This document shows, in pieces, positions 28,872 to 39,257 of a DNA stretch of 64,000 nucleotides. The position numbers and the translations under genes are program-made. Each line of letters opens with the position of its first letter. Within the stretch, counting starts at the first letter, position 1. Below the pieces are notes generated by a model, which was not told the origin of the DNA, made no database searches, and was given only the letters and a program-made list of their open reading frames with translations. The stretch covers positions 15,827-79,826 of the forward strand of contig JBGAUV010000001.1 in assembly GCA_044228445.1 (NCBI GenBank), given 5' to 3'. The stretch comes from Minisyncoccia bacterium. Its GTDB lineage: Bacteria; Patescibacteriota; Minisyncoccia; Phycocordibacterales; PALSA-1337.

Positions 28872-29534
28872 CTATAAATTAATACCTGTAATAAGTGTGA
28901 ATAAAAAAGGTATAATTGGCTCAAATACTGGCCATAATAGGAATAGAACTATAAATATTGTAACTATTTGATTATTTTCTAGAATAGCTCTATATCTATT
29001 CATGCTATATGGTAAAAGGTTAAACAATACCTTTGAACCGTCCAAGGGTGGTATCGGAATAAGGTTAAATATACATAACACTGTATTTATAATTACAATA
29101 TAAGAAAATATAGATATCGTGGAGTGTGGCAACATATCCTGAAAAAACCTAATAGACAAGCCAAATACTAAAGCTAAAAATAGATTTGAACCAGGTCCAG
29201 CAATAGAAATAAGCATTTCCCCTACTCTACGATTCTTTATATTATATGGATTCCATTCTACAGGTTTTGCCCAACCAAATGTCATTCCAAGCATAGAAGT
29301 TATAAGTGGAATTATCACAGAACCATACAAATCCATATGTTTTATAGGGTTTAAAGTAAGTCTCCCCTGCAACCTTGGTGTAGGATCGCCTAAAATATCA
29401 GCTACATAACCATGGCATACTTCATGTATTACTACTGACATTATTAAAATTATTATTGATATTATGAATGCAATTGTGTCCATTTTATTAAAAAATAAAT
29501 AAGTCCTTGCCAAATACAATACATATGATAGCAT
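28872..29534 (-). CDS. M50 family (site-2 protease-like) membrane metalloprotease
   Basis: HEVCHG (HExxH) within TM segment, polytopic membrane profile. Confidence 0.65.
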   Translation of the reverse strand: MLSYVLYLARTYLFFNKMDTIAFIISIIILIMSVVIHEVCHGYVADILGDPTPRLQGRLTLNPIKHMDLYGSVIIPLITSMLGMTFGWAKPVEWNPYNIKNRRVGEMLISIAGPGSNLFLALVFGLSIRFFQDMLPHSTISIFSYIVIINTVLCIFNLIPIPPLDGSKVLFNLLPYSMNRYRAILENNQIVTIFIVLFLLWPVFEPIIPFLFTLITGINL

Positions 29535-29553
29535 AGCTCTACAAACAAAACTT

Positions 29554-29796
29554 ATGGCAAAAATCTGCGCAATAACAAAAAGGGGTTCAATGGTAGCGGG
29601 TGGATATTCAAATCGTACTCGTGCTACACAATTTAACCCTACAGGAATGGTTAGAAAGTATCCAAATCTTCAAAAGAAAAAGATATACATACCTGAATTA
29701 AAGAAATCTATTACTCTTACAGTATCAACAAGAGGTCTTAAAACTATACAGAAGCACGGAGCATTTATAACTCTAAAGAAAGCTGGTCTAATATAA
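29554..29796 (+). CDS. rpmB: 50S ribosomal protein L28
   Basis: MAKICAITKRGSMVAGGYSNRTRATQFNP L28-like N-terminus; 80 aa, basic. Confidence 0.7.
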   Translation: MAKICAITKRGSMVAGGYSNRTRATQFNPTGMVRKYPNLQKKKIYIPELKKSITLTVSTRGLKTIQKHGAFITLKKAGLI

Positions 29797-29801
29797 TAAA
29801 T

Positions 29802-30611
29802 TCAATTCCCCCTCTCCCAAGAACTACCATTTGAAAACCAAGTGGTAGTTTTTGTTTTTGTAGTTTGAATATATTTTGGGTTTATTAAATTAAATAAATC
29901 TTTAGATTTTTTATTTTCTACACCACTATTAAATAATTCAACAATATTATCTTTTTGATCAATTTCTTTAGAATTGCTTTTATCTATTAAATTTTTGTAA
30001 ATGTTTTTTTGAATTGTTTTTGATAAATTTCCTAGTAAATAAGCATCTGTATCTTTATAAGAAATTAATAATCCTAGTTCAGGTAAACTTGTTTTATTAA
30101 ATTTAAAATCTAAGCTTGGAAATATAACTTCAATTTTTATATTATCTACATTTATTTGATCGTCTTTTTTTATTTTTATGATTTCTATCTTTTTATCTTT
30201 AATTATTTTATTTATTTGTTCCAAAGCTGTACTAGTAGAAAATATCTCACTCATGTATACCTTATCAACTTCATATCTTTTTAGTATATCTATTAATCCA
30301 AAAATTTGATTTGGCAATGAACTTGAAATAAAAATGTGATCAATTTTTCTTTTATAAAATGGAATTAAATCTGTAATATTTCTTATTACACCTTTATCCC
30401 CTGCTCCAATTAAAATATTTTTGCCTTTTGGTGTTTTTATAAAAATTGATCTTGATCTTGAACTACTCAAAAAGTTTATTTCTAAAAGTGGTTTTCTAAA
30501 TTCAAATCTATAAATATAAAAAGATAAATATATTAAACATAATAAAAATATTAATAAAAAAGCTATGTATTTTTTGCATAGTATTTCTTTAAAAAACTTA
30601 ATTGCTTTCAT
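29802..30611 (-). CDS. ComEC C-terminal MBL-like domain protein with degenerate metal-binding motif (separate ORF)
   Basis: N-terminal TM; IFIKTPKGKNILIGAGDKG resembles ComEC MBL domain (ILI.TP.GK.ILIDGG) but HxHxDH is replaced by IDHIFISSS. Confidence 0.45.
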   Translation of the reverse strand: MKAIKFFKEILCKKYIAFLLIFLLCLIYLSFYIYRFEFRKPLLEINFLSSSRSRSIFIKTPKGKNILIGAGDKGVIRNITDLIPFYKRKIDHIFISSSLPNQIFGLIDILKRYEVDKVYMSEIFSTSTALEQINKIIKDKKIEIIKIKKDDQINVDNIKIEVIFPSLDFKFNKTSLPELGLLISYKDTDAYLLGNLSKTIQKNIYKNLIDKSNSKEIDQKDNIVELFNSGVENKKSKDLFNLINPKYIQTTKTKTTTWFSNGSSWERGN

Positions 30612-30630
30612 GTGCCCACTGTAGCATAAT

Positions 30631-30671
30631 GAGATAAAGAAATAATGAAGAAATTATAAAATTTTAATAAA
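30631..30671. repeat. 41-bp conserved element, copy A (copy B at 33055..33095, 38/41 identical), promoter/5'UTR-like for the downstream minus-strand gene
   Basis: GAGATAAAGAA[A/T]TAATGAAGAAATTAT[A/G]AAATTTTAAT[A/G]AA; minus-strand reading contains TATAAT. Confidence 0.5.
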
Positions 30672-30685
30672 GTTTATAAAATAAA

Positions 30686-31282
30686 ATGAATAAATTTGAA
30701 GAAAAAAAATTTGATATTGGCGAGCTAAAAGGAATATCGAAAAAAAGTATTGAGGAACATTTAAAGCTTTATTCTGGTTATGTAAAAAATGCAAATACTA
30801 TAATTGATAAGGTTAATGAAATGAGAATTGATACTGAAAAAAATAGTTATGCAATTAGCGAAACAATGAGAAGATTTGGTTTTGAATATAATGGTATAAG
30901 AAATCATGAAGTTTATTTTGATAGTCTATCTGGTGGCAATAATCCACTACCGAGTTCATCAGTACTAAAAAAACAAATTGAAAAGGATTTTATTTCTTTT
31001 AATAAATGGCTTTCCGAATTTAAGGCTCTAGGTATGACACGTGGTATTGGTTGGGCTATGCTATATTTCGATAGAAAAGATAATAGACTTCTAAATGCTT
31101 GGGTAGATGAACAACATATAGGACAACTTCAAGATTGTAGTCTTATACTAGCACTTGATATGTGGGAACATTCATTTGTTGCAGACTATATGTCATCTGG
31201 TAAAAAGAATTATATTGAAGATTTTTTCTCAAATTTAAACTGGCTAAAGATTGAAGAGAATTTAAAAAATATAATAAAGTAA
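30686..31282 (+). CDS. sod: Fe/Mn superoxide dismutase family protein
   Basis: C-terminal D-x-W-E-H motif (LALDMWEHSFVADY), central ...NHEVYF..L; N-terminal His pair partly substituted (EEHLKLY). Confidence 0.7.
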   Translation: MNKFEEKKFDIGELKGISKKSIEEHLKLYSGYVKNANTIIDKVNEMRIDTEKNSYAISETMRRFGFEYNGIRNHEVYFDSLSGGNNPLPSSSVLKKQIEKDFISFNKWLSEFKALGMTRGIGWAMLYFDRKDNRLLNAWVDEQHIGQLQDCSLILALDMWEHSFVADYMSSGKKNYIEDFFSNLNWLKIEENLKNIIK

Positions 31283-32559
31283 GTTATATAAATAAATAAA
31301 ACTATATAAGGTGAAAAAGGCGGAACCACAATACTTGAAAATGGTAGGTTCGCGCTTTTTTCAACTACAAATAATTCATAAGATAAAAGTATATGTGCTC
31401 CGTAAGCAAATAATTTTGAAATAATAATTGAAACGAAACCAAATAAGCCTGATAAACATACCAGTAACATTGTTAAAGGAATAAATGGCAAAACAATTAT
31501 ATTTACGAACATTCCAACTATTGATATTTGTCCCATCATATAGAGTATATATGGTGATACAAATATTTGTGTAGCTATAGTTGATGACACCACTCCCCTT
31601 ATTCCAAATTCTTCAGTAATAAACGTAAGTCTTTTTTCAATTGGACTAGCGAGTATAATAAGACCAAAACTTGCTAAAAAAGAAAGTTGAAATGATGGAT
31701 CATAAAATAATATAAGTGGATTTTGTATTAGCATTAATAAACCTGCAATAAATAAAGCTCTTAAAACTTTATAATCTTTTCTAAATAATTCTCCGATCAA
31801 AGCTATTATTGCCATAATACATGAACGTATGACCGTAGCTCCACCACCAACTAAAATTCCGAATAAAATTATTCCAATCATTCCAAGTACAATAGAAATA
31901 TTTCTTGGTAAAAATGAAAGTAATCTTCTTATTGTTGTTGCAATAATAGTTATGTTATATCCTGATAAAACTACTATATGTATCAGACCAGCTTTTCTAA
32001 AATTATCAATTATATCTTTTCCCAAACTAGCTTTTTCTCCAACCACCAAACCCGAAGCCAAAGCTGAGTGAGGTTCTCCCAAAACTTTATTTAAATTATT
32101 TACAAAGGCTTTCTTTAATTTATTTAACTTTGTACCCAAATTAAATTGCTTATCATTATTTAATATAGTTACATTTGCTTTTTTAATTTCATAATATATA
32201 TCATCTTTTTTTAAATAATTTATATAATCAAACTCTCTACCTGTATCCCCCATAAAGTTTCTTGGTATAGATAATTTACCAGAGACTTCTATTTTATCTC
32301 CATAAAAATACTCTTGATAAGGTTCAGTTGTAACCTTTATATTTGTTTCACTGTTAATTTCTAATATAAAAGTCTGGCTATTTTTCTTTGCTATTGATTC
32401 TGAGACAATTGTCCCTCTTAGTGAAACTTCACTACCTAGTTTCATATCAAGATCGGAAGAATGATGTTTATTCAATATAAAAACAATTCTTAGTATTGTT
32501 ACTAGAATCAATAGTATAAATATAATATTTTCTTTAATAATATATTTTATATTTGACAT
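31210..32559 (-). CDS. comEC: ComEC/Rec2-family competence membrane protein (DUF4131 plus competence domain; lacks fused MBL domain)
   Basis: ...ALASGLVVGEKASLGKDIIDNFRKAGLIHIVVLSGYNITII... competence-domain signature, polytopic membrane. Confidence 0.7.
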   Translation of the reverse strand: MSNIKYIIKENIIFILLILVTILRIVFILNKHHSSDLDMKLGSEVSLRGTIVSESIAKKNSQTFILEINSETNIKVTTEPYQEYFYGDKIEVSGKLSIPRNFMGDTGREFDYINYLKKDDIYYEIKKANVTILNNDKQFNLGTKLNKLKKAFVNNLNKVLGEPHSALASGLVVGEKASLGKDIIDNFRKAGLIHIVVLSGYNITIIATTIRRLLSFLPRNISIVLGMIGIILFGILVGGGATVIRSCIMAIIALIGELFRKDYKVLRALFIAGLLMLIQNPLILFYDPSFQLSFLASFGLIILASPIEKRLTFITEEFGIRGVVSSTIATQIFVSPYILYMMGQISIVGMFVNIIVLPFIPLTMLLVCLSGLFGFVSIIISKLFAYGAHILLSYELFVVEKSANLPFSSIVVPPFSPYIVLFIYITYFIIFFKFSSIFSQFKFEKKSSI

Positions 32560-32642
32560 TGATTATGTTTGGTTTATACTTTATTTGTTCTTAACTATGG
32601 GCGTAAGCCTCGAGATCAATAAAGATCTCAAACTAAAAAGAG

Positions 32643-33035
32643 TTACTCAAGAAATTGGGTGACTGCTTTTTTTATTTTTGTAAAAGTATTCTGATGTAAA
32701 CTACCCATCTTTTTTAATAATCTTCTTTTATCAAGGATTTTTAATTGTGATATTAGTGCAACACTAATACTATAGTTAAAATAGAATGGAAAATGAACTT
32801 TATCTATTCTTAATGTCTTTGTTAGTGGTATTGCAATGAATGTATACCTATTAATCTTTTTTAAAATAAGAATTGGTCTAACAAAATATTCCCCCTTTCC
32901 ATCCTGTTCTGAACCTATATTTAATCCTAGACTTGCCCACCATATCTCCTTTTCGTAAAAGAAAATCTCAATATCTTTTTCTGATATTGTTTTTTTAATT
33001 GCATTCCAACCATCAAAATCCTTTACATAATCCAC
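32643..33035 (-). CDS. PemK/MazF-family toxin-like protein (GTG start), no adjacent antitoxin ORF
   Basis: EIWWASLGLNIGSEQDGKGEYFVRPILILK resembles MazF/PemK (IW.VDFDPT.GSEQ.G.RPA.VLS). Confidence 0.5.
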   Translation of the reverse strand: MDYVKDFDGWNAIKKTISEKDIEIFFYEKEIWWASLGLNIGSEQDGKGEYFVRPILILKKINRYTFIAIPLTKTLRIDKVHFPFYFNYSISVALISQLKILDKRRLLKKMGSLHQNTFTKIKKAVTQFLE

Positions 33036-33054
33036 GCACTAATCCTAACAAAAC

Positions 33055-33095
33055 GAGATAAAGAATTAATGAAGAAATTATGAAATTTTAATGAA
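33055..33095. repeat. 41-bp conserved element, copy B (see 30631..30671)
   Basis: 38/41 identity to copy A; sits about 20 nt upstream of the GTG start of the MazF-like gene. Confidence 0.5.
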
Positions 33096-33175
33096 TTTTT
33101 TACTAGGACACAAAGGAATGTTACACCGCAAGTTGTGAGCGATCCTTTCCTGTTGCTTAATATGTGAAACTAGGT

Positions 33176-33658
33176 TTAAACACTGATATGGTAACCAGAG
33201 AGTAGGCCAGAATATAACTTTACAGGATTATTATCAGCAAAACTTGTAGCTATTACATCACAACGATTATTGCCTTCATTGTCTGCATGTCCGTCTACGT
33301 GTAACCACTTTATGTCTTTTCCTTGTGAAACAGACAAGAGTTTTTCCCAAAGATCCCTATTTAGAACCTCCTTTTTTGACGCTGTTCTCCAACCCTTTTT
33401 TTGCCAACCCTGTATCCATAGTGTCATTCCTTTTACTACATATTCTGAATCAGAATATAGAGTTATTGTTTTGCTAGAAAATTCACTTGGTAAAGTACTA
33501 AGTGCTTGTATGCATCCTATAAGTTCCATTCTATTGTTTGTAGTCATATTTTCTCTACCTCCAATTTCTAGAACTTTATCTCCCATGATCAAAACAGCAC
33601 CGTATCCACCAGGCCCTGGGTTTCCCCGTGACGAACCGTCCGTATATATCGTTGTCAT
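33176..33658 (-). CDS. rnhA: Ribonuclease HI
   Basis: IYTDGS..GNPGPGGYG..., ...TNNRMEL, ...SDS.YV RNase H catalytic motifs (D-E-D-D). Confidence 0.85.
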   Translation of the reverse strand: MTTIYTDGSSRGNPGPGGYGAVLIMGDKVLEIGGRENMTTNNRMELIGCIQALSTLPSEFSSKTITLYSDSEYVVKGMTLWIQGWQKKGWRTASKKEVLNRDLWEKLLSVSQGKDIKWLHVDGHADNEGNNRCDVIATSFADNNPVKLYSGLLSGYHISV

Positions 33659-33707
33659 AATTTTATATTCAAATTGTACTATTTATATTTTAAATAGCAA
33701 AATAAAA

Positions 33708-35423
33708 TTAAATTACATCAATTATCCTAAGCCTTAATTCTGGTCTTCCTCTGAAATTAGATTTTTCCATACAAGCAATTAAATTTATTTTATCTCCAAT
33801 AACTAGACTATTACCATTTTTATTTTTAAAACTTCCGCTATTCATAAAGAAACCTATAGCAGGAACTTTTTCTCCTGTCCTTTTACTAAATAGAAATTCT
33901 AGGTGATTCTTTTCTTTTCCAAACTCTTTTATGCCAGATATAGAAATATTTTTAAATATAAAACTTGGTTTAGGATTACCAATTCCAAATGGTGCCAATT
34001 TTTCTATAGAGTTATATGTTTTCCAATTAACATCTTGAATTTCAAGTTCTCTATCAATATATTGTATATTTTCTTTTTCTGAACTTTTTACTATTTTATA
34101 GGCTTCATTTAATTTCTCTTCTACATGATGTATACCTTCATTTGAAATTGCAAAACCTCCGCTTTCTGCATGACCACCGAATTGTAGAAAAGTATTTTTA
34201 TTTACTGCATTCATGAGATCAAGTAAATGAACACTACCTGCCGCGCGACAACTTCCTTTTATAATTCCATCTCCGTCCCTTCCCCAAAGAAATACAGGAC
34301 AAGAAAATTCTTCAGCAAAAACATTTGCAGCAAGACCAAGTAAACTTGGTTTCCAATCTGGATTTCCAATTACAATAACTCCATCAGGTTTTTCTCCATA
34401 TCTTTCTATTATTTTTTTCTTTGTTTCTTTTACTAGTGATGCTACAGTTCCTTTTCTTTCATTATTTATATGATCAAGGTTTTTTGCAAGAATATGTGCC
34501 TCATCATCACTATCTGTAGATAATAATTTAAATGCATCCATTGGTACACCCATACGTGAAGCAGCATTTATTCTTGGACCAATAGTAAAACCAATATCAT
34601 CTTCAGTTAAATATCTTTGATCTGATTTTAATAAATTTAATAATCTAACTAAACCTTTTCTTGGGGACTTTCTAAGTACTTGTAAACCATAATAAGCAAA
34701 GACTCTATTTTCACCGACTAGAGGTACCATGTCTGAAAGTGTGGCAATACCAACCATATCCAGAAGCCATTTTTCCCAACCGAGTTTTATACCAAAATCT
34801 TTTTTCTTAAGTATTCCTTGAATAACTTTATACCCGACCCCAGAACCGCAAAGCATTTTTTCAGGATAATTACACTGATCTTGTTTTGGATTTACTATTG
34901 CATAAGCATCAGGAATTATTTTTCCTGGTATATGATGATCTGTAATTATTACATCTATTCCACTCTCTTTTGCGAGACTTACAGGTTCGATATCTGCTAT
35001 ACCACAATCCAAAGTAATTATTAATTTTACTCCTTGCTCCTTAAAATCTTTTATTGCACCCACATTTAAACCAAAACCTTCATCATGTCTATGTGGAATA
35101 TAGTTTATAAAGTTTGTATAACCGATTTTCTTGAATGTATCATGCATACAAACTCCAGCAGGAATACCATCGGTATCGTAATCACTATATATAACTATTT
35201 TTTCATTATCATTTATTGCTTTCAATATTCTATCGACTGCTTTTTCACAATCTTTTAAAAGAAATGGATCATGAGTATGATTATCATAACTAGGATTTAA
35301 AAAATCTTGTCTCTCTTTTTCAGTCTTTATTCCACGATAAAAAAGTAAATGATCTGTAAGACTACCATTGTATATCTCTCTTACTTCATATCTTTTAGCC
35401 ATATAGTATAAAGAGTATATCAT
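33708..35423 (-). CDS. recJ: Single-stranded-DNA-specific exonuclease RecJ
   Basis: DHH motifs (DYDTDG, ITDHH) plus DHHA1 and C-terminal OB region; 571 aa. Confidence 0.85.
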   Translation of the reverse strand: MIYSLYYMAKRYEVREIYNGSLTDHLLFYRGIKTEKERQDFLNPSYDNHTHDPFLLKDCEKAVDRILKAINDNEKIVIYSDYDTDGIPAGVCMHDTFKKIGYTNFINYIPHRHDEGFGLNVGAIKDFKEQGVKLIITLDCGIADIEPVSLAKESGIDVIITDHHIPGKIIPDAYAIVNPKQDQCNYPEKMLCGSGVGYKVIQGILKKKDFGIKLGWEKWLLDMVGIATLSDMVPLVGENRVFAYYGLQVLRKSPRKGLVRLLNLLKSDQRYLTEDDIGFTIGPRINAASRMGVPMDAFKLLSTDSDDEAHILAKNLDHINNERKGTVASLVKETKKKIIERYGEKPDGVIVIGNPDWKPSLLGLAANVFAEEFSCPVFLWGRDGDGIIKGSCRAAGSVHLLDLMNAVNKNTFLQFGGHAESGGFAISNEGIHHVEEKLNEAYKIVKSSEKENIQYIDRELEIQDVNWKTYNSIEKLAPFGIGNPKPSFIFKNISISGIKEFGKEKNHLEFLFSKRTGEKVPAIGFFMNSGSFKNKNGNSLVIGDKINLIACMEKSNFRGRPELRLRIIDVI

Positions 35424-35446
35424 GTAGAATTTGTTATACTATATTC

Positions 35447-35815
35447 ATGAAACAAGATAATAATTGTATATTTTGCAAAATAGTAAAAAAAGAAATACCA
35501 GCACATATAGTCTATGAAGATGATAAATTTCTAGCATTTTTAGATATAAATCCTCAATCTCCTGGACACACTCAAGTAATACCAAAAAATCATTATAGAT
35601 GGGTTTGGGATGTTCCAAATGTCGGAGAGTATTTTGAATTAGCCAAAAAGATAGCTTTGGCTCAAAGAAAAGCATTTGATACTGATTTTATATTAAGTAA
35701 AGTTGTAGGTGATGAAGTTCCCCACTCTCATATATGGGTATTTCCAAATAGTGAAGTAAAAGGAAATAAAAGAGACTTTGAAGTAAATAAAAATAAAATT
35801 AGAGAGAATTTATAA
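35447..35815 (+). CDS. HIT family hydrolase
   Basis: CIFCKI N-terminus and H.H.H histidine triad (HSHIWVF). Confidence 0.8.
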   Translation: MKQDNNCIFCKIVKKEIPAHIVYEDDKFLAFLDINPQSPGHTQVIPKNHYRWVWDVPNVGEYFELAKKIALAQRKAFDTDFILSKVVGDEVPHSHIWVFPNSEVKGNKRDFEVNKNKIRENL

Positions 35816-36940
35816 CTTAGAATTTTCAAGCGCTTCTATGCCTGGGAGACTGCCTTGAGATAAGAAATCAAGCATTGCACCTCCCCCTGTTGAAACAAAA
35901 GTAAAATCCTGTTCTATACCTAGTTTTGCTATAGCAGCCAAAGTATCTCCCCCTCCTACAATAGTCTTTACCCCGAGCTTTGTTGAACTAGCAATATGAC
36001 GAGCTAGATCTAGTGTTGGATTAACATAACCTTGTTCATAAGCTCCCAATGGTCCATTCCATAATATATATTTTGCCTTTTTTATTTCTTCTTCTATAAG
36101 ATTTAAAGTCTTTGGACCTGTATCATATATAACATCATTATCTTGAATTTCTTTTATATCTTTTACCTTATCATGAGAAATTGTTGCATCTATAGGTAAA
36201 ATGATTTTATTTGTTGAAACTAGTTTATTTAAACCAAAATTCTTTGGACTTACCATTGATTTGCCTATATTTATTCCATTTTCTTGTAAAAAGTTATTTG
36301 CCAAAGCTCCTCCAACAAAAACCTTATCAGCTATACCTGTAAACTTTTCTATAAGTGGTAACTTCGTTTCAAACTTTGCTCCACCAAGAATAAATAGAAA
36401 TGGTCTATCGGGGTTAAAGGCTGTACTTAGATTTTTTACTTCTTTTTCAAAAAGTATACCTGCATAACTTGGAATAAATTCTGTTATAGCTGAAACCGAA
36501 GCGTGTTCACGGTGTGATACTGCAAAAGCTTCATTTACATAAATATCTGCAAGACTTGCTAGTTCTTTTGCAAACTTTTTATCATTCTTTTTTTCACCTT
36601 CGTGATCTCTTAAGTTTTCTAAAAGGACTATATCTCCATTATCAATACTATTTATTACTTTTATACAATCTCTGTAATTTTTTATAAAACTACACTTTAT
36701 GCCGAGCTTTTGTATATGTTCAAATACAGGAGTTAAACTTGGTTTTTCGCCTTCTAAAGGTTCGATATGACTAATTAAAATTATTTTAGCCTTTTTTTCT
36801 TTTAAATAATCAATAGTTGGAATTATTTTTCTAAGTCTAAAATCATCTCGTACTATGCCATTTTCTATTGGTAAATTAAAATCTACTCTCATTAGGACTT
36901 TTACTCCCTCTAGATTATTTATATCTCGTAGATATTTCAT
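35810..36940 (-). CDS. pgk: Phosphoglycerate kinase
   Basis: RVDFN.P N-terminal motif, GGGA...GG glycine-rich C-terminal motifs; 376 aa. Confidence 0.9.
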   Translation of the reverse strand: MKYLRDINNLEGVKVLMRVDFNLPIENGIVRDDFRLRKIIPTIDYLKEKKAKIILISHIEPLEGEKPSLTPVFEHIQKLGIKCSFIKNYRDCIKVINSIDNGDIVLLENLRDHEGEKKNDKKFAKELASLADIYVNEAFAVSHREHASVSAITEFIPSYAGILFEKEVKNLSTAFNPDRPFLFILGGAKFETKLPLIEKFTGIADKVFVGGALANNFLQENGINIGKSMVSPKNFGLNKLVSTNKIILPIDATISHDKVKDIKEIQDNDVIYDTGPKTLNLIEEEIKKAKYILWNGPLGAYEQGYVNPTLDLARHIASSTKLGVKTIVGGGDTLAAIAKLGIEQDFTFVSTGGGAMLDFLSQGSLPGIEALENSKL

Positions 36941-36949
36941 TTATTTATT

Positions 36950-37756
36950 TTATTTAACTGAATCTACAACCTTTAATAATTCAACAAAGCCTTGTGGATT
37001 TACACTTTCTCTACCTACTAAAAGACCATTTACTCCCCCATTTTCCATTATATCCAAAGCATTTCTGAAACTTACAGAACCTCCATAAAGTATTGGCATA
37101 TTTTTACCATTTTCTTGACCGTACATATCTGATATAACTTTTTTAATGAAAATTACCATTTCATTTATAACTCCTGTAGTCATTGGTTCTTTTGCACCAA
37201 TAGCCCAAACAGGTTCATAAGCAATAATAAGTTCACTTATGAGTTTTTTTGGTATTTTATCGAGTGAATTCTTTATTTGTGATTTTAATATATCCAAGTA
37301 TGCACCTTGTGAATCTCTTTCTTTTTCTCCTATACATAGAATTGGGTGAATTCCGATTTCTAGATTCATAGCAACCTTTTTTGCAATAATTTCATCTGTT
37401 TCACCCATTTCCCTTCTCTCTGAATGTCCGATAATAGAATACTTAATACCAAATTCTTTTAACATTACGGGACTAATTTCACCTGTAAATGAACCTCTTT
37501 CTTCAAAAAAAGTATTTTGGACTCCATAACTTACATTATTTGCATTCTTGCTTGATATTAGCTTTGGTATGTATATAAATGGTGGGCAAATTACTATATT
37601 AGTATTTTTTAATTTATCAGATACTTTATTTATACTTGATGTAATTTTCTTTGCTTCGTCTATACTAGTCGGGTTCATCTTCCAGTTTCCTACAATAATC
37701 TTTCTTTTCATTTTTTTAAGTAAATTATTTATTGATTTATGAGACACTACAAACAT
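36950..37756 (-). CDS. tpiA: Triosephosphate isomerase
   Basis: GNWKMN, ...IGHSERR, AYEPVWAIG catalytic motifs. Confidence 0.9.
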   Translation of the reverse strand: MFVVSHKSINNLLKKMKRKIIVGNWKMNPTSIDEAKKITSSINKVSDKLKNTNIVICPPFIYIPKLISSKNANNVSYGVQNTFFEERGSFTGEISPVMLKEFGIKYSIIGHSERREMGETDEIIAKKVAMNLEIGIHPILCIGEKERDSQGAYLDILKSQIKNSLDKIPKKLISELIIAYEPVWAIGAKEPMTTGVINEMVIFIKKVISDMYGQENGKNMPILYGGSVSFRNALDIMENGGVNGLLVGRESVNPQGFVELLKVVDSVK

Positions 37757-37766
37757 AGTATATCAT

Positions 37767-39254
37767 TTACTTAACCTCATCCCAAGATATTATTGAATAT
37801 TGATTTGAAGTTAAAGGAAAGCTTGGTGGTGGAGAATACAATAAGTTTGAATCATATATAATGTTTCTAGTTTGATAACCTGTACCATCAGTATAAGCAA
37901 AACCATATCTTTGATTTGTTGCTATCATTCCATATAGTGTAAGTGTATTTCTAATATCATAACCCTGACAACTTTGTCCTCCACTACCATTGTTTAAATA
38001 ATAATATCTTCCTGCTCTACCATTTTGAGCAACTAGAGCAGCATCTATCCTTAGAGTATCAGCGCTTCTTAACCCTGTATTTATATTATCTTGAGCGATT
38101 AGTGATATAACATCACTACCATCATAATTTGTATAAAGTAAGTTATTATTTATTGTAATACTTCTTCTTGTACTTACATTATCTGGGAATCTACCTGCTG
38201 CAATTGTTATTCTGGCTGTATTTATTTGTCCATCCACCCAAACATGATCTTCTACGAAAATTATTCCATTTGCTGGATTTGGATAGTTTCCAACTAAAGT
38301 TTCAGTATTTATTGACCAAGAACCCCAGTTTGGTTGACTTTGTGAATCAGTACATTTACTTCCCATAGAAACAAGGGTATTTACCTTATATACATCATAA
38401 GTATCATTTGTCTTTAGCTTTATGTGATAACCCTGTACACCTGAACTAGCTAGATATTTACCATTTGCTTGTGCTAAAGTCTTCATTTGAGATAAATCAG
38501 TAGTTAAACCGGTAAAATCAAAGGTCTGTATAGGAAATGTTCTTCCCGCCATGAAAACATCTGGTCTATTTGGAACAGCAGCTGGCGGACTAGGATCATC
38601 TGTACCTACAGTTGTATATACACCGAATCTATATGCACTACCATTGTCAGGATCGATATATTTATCTTTTGATGATGTAATAAGGTTATGAGCTAAACCA
38701 TCAAACCTTATACCGTTGTTTGAGTGTATAGGACCGAATACTTCAGTACCAGAACCAAATCTCATAATATCATTTGCTGCCACAGCATATTTTGCCAAAG
38801 ACGGTATAGCTAGAGTAACCTGTATAGTTCTACTTAATCCCGTTCCATCATTTACTGTACCTTTTGATTTTATCTTTACTACAGTTGATCCTGTAGGTGG
38901 TGGTGTAATGGTCAAAGCATAATTCCCTATAACATTACCATCTTTATCGTTAAAATTGTGTATAAATGGCCCGTTTGTTGTTGTAGCGTTTCCATCTTTA
39001 TAATCAGTCTGATTGTGGGCTAAATGCCACCTATAGTAGTCGATTCCTGCTTCAGCTATTTGTAAAGCTTGTTCCTTTGAAGTTAATCTTTTTGATGTCT
39101 TTAATATAGTCGAACCCCAGGTAATTAATGCAGAAGTTACAGTAATACCAATTACAGCAAAGACAAGTACATTCACCAAGACTAGACCCTTATCTCCCTT
39201 TTTATTAAAATAAGTTTTATTTTTATTCATTGGGCTTTTAAACAATATTTTCAT
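37767..39254 (-). CDS. Membrane-anchored protein co-located with pilins (possible pilus-associated/minor pilin-like)
   Basis: N-terminal hydrophobic segment (GLVLVNVLVFAVIGITV) without clear G-F-T-L-x-E prepilin motif; G/S/T/N-rich. Confidence 0.35.
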   Translation of the reverse strand: MKILFKSPMNKNKTYFNKKGDKGLVLVNVLVFAVIGITVTSALITWGSTILKTSKRLTSKEQALQIAEAGIDYYRWHLAHNQTDYKDGNATTTNGPFIHNFNDKDGNVIGNYALTITPPPTGSTVVKIKSKGTVNDGTGLSRTIQVTLAIPSLAKYAVAANDIMRFGSGTEVFGPIHSNNGIRFDGLAHNLITSSKDKYIDPDNGSAYRFGVYTTVGTDDPSPPAAVPNRPDVFMAGRTFPIQTFDFTGLTTDLSQMKTLAQANGKYLASSGVQGYHIKLKTNDTYDVYKVNTLVSMGSKCTDSQSQPNWGSWSINTETLVGNYPNPANGIIFVEDHVWVDGQINTARITIAAGRFPDNVSTRRSITINNNLLYTNYDGSDVISLIAQDNINTGLRSADTLRIDAALVAQNGRAGRYYYLNNGSGGQSCQGYDIRNTLTLYGMIATNQRYGFAYTDGTGYQTRNIIYDSNLLYSPPPSFPLTSNQYSIISWDEVK

Positions 39255-39257
39255 ATA

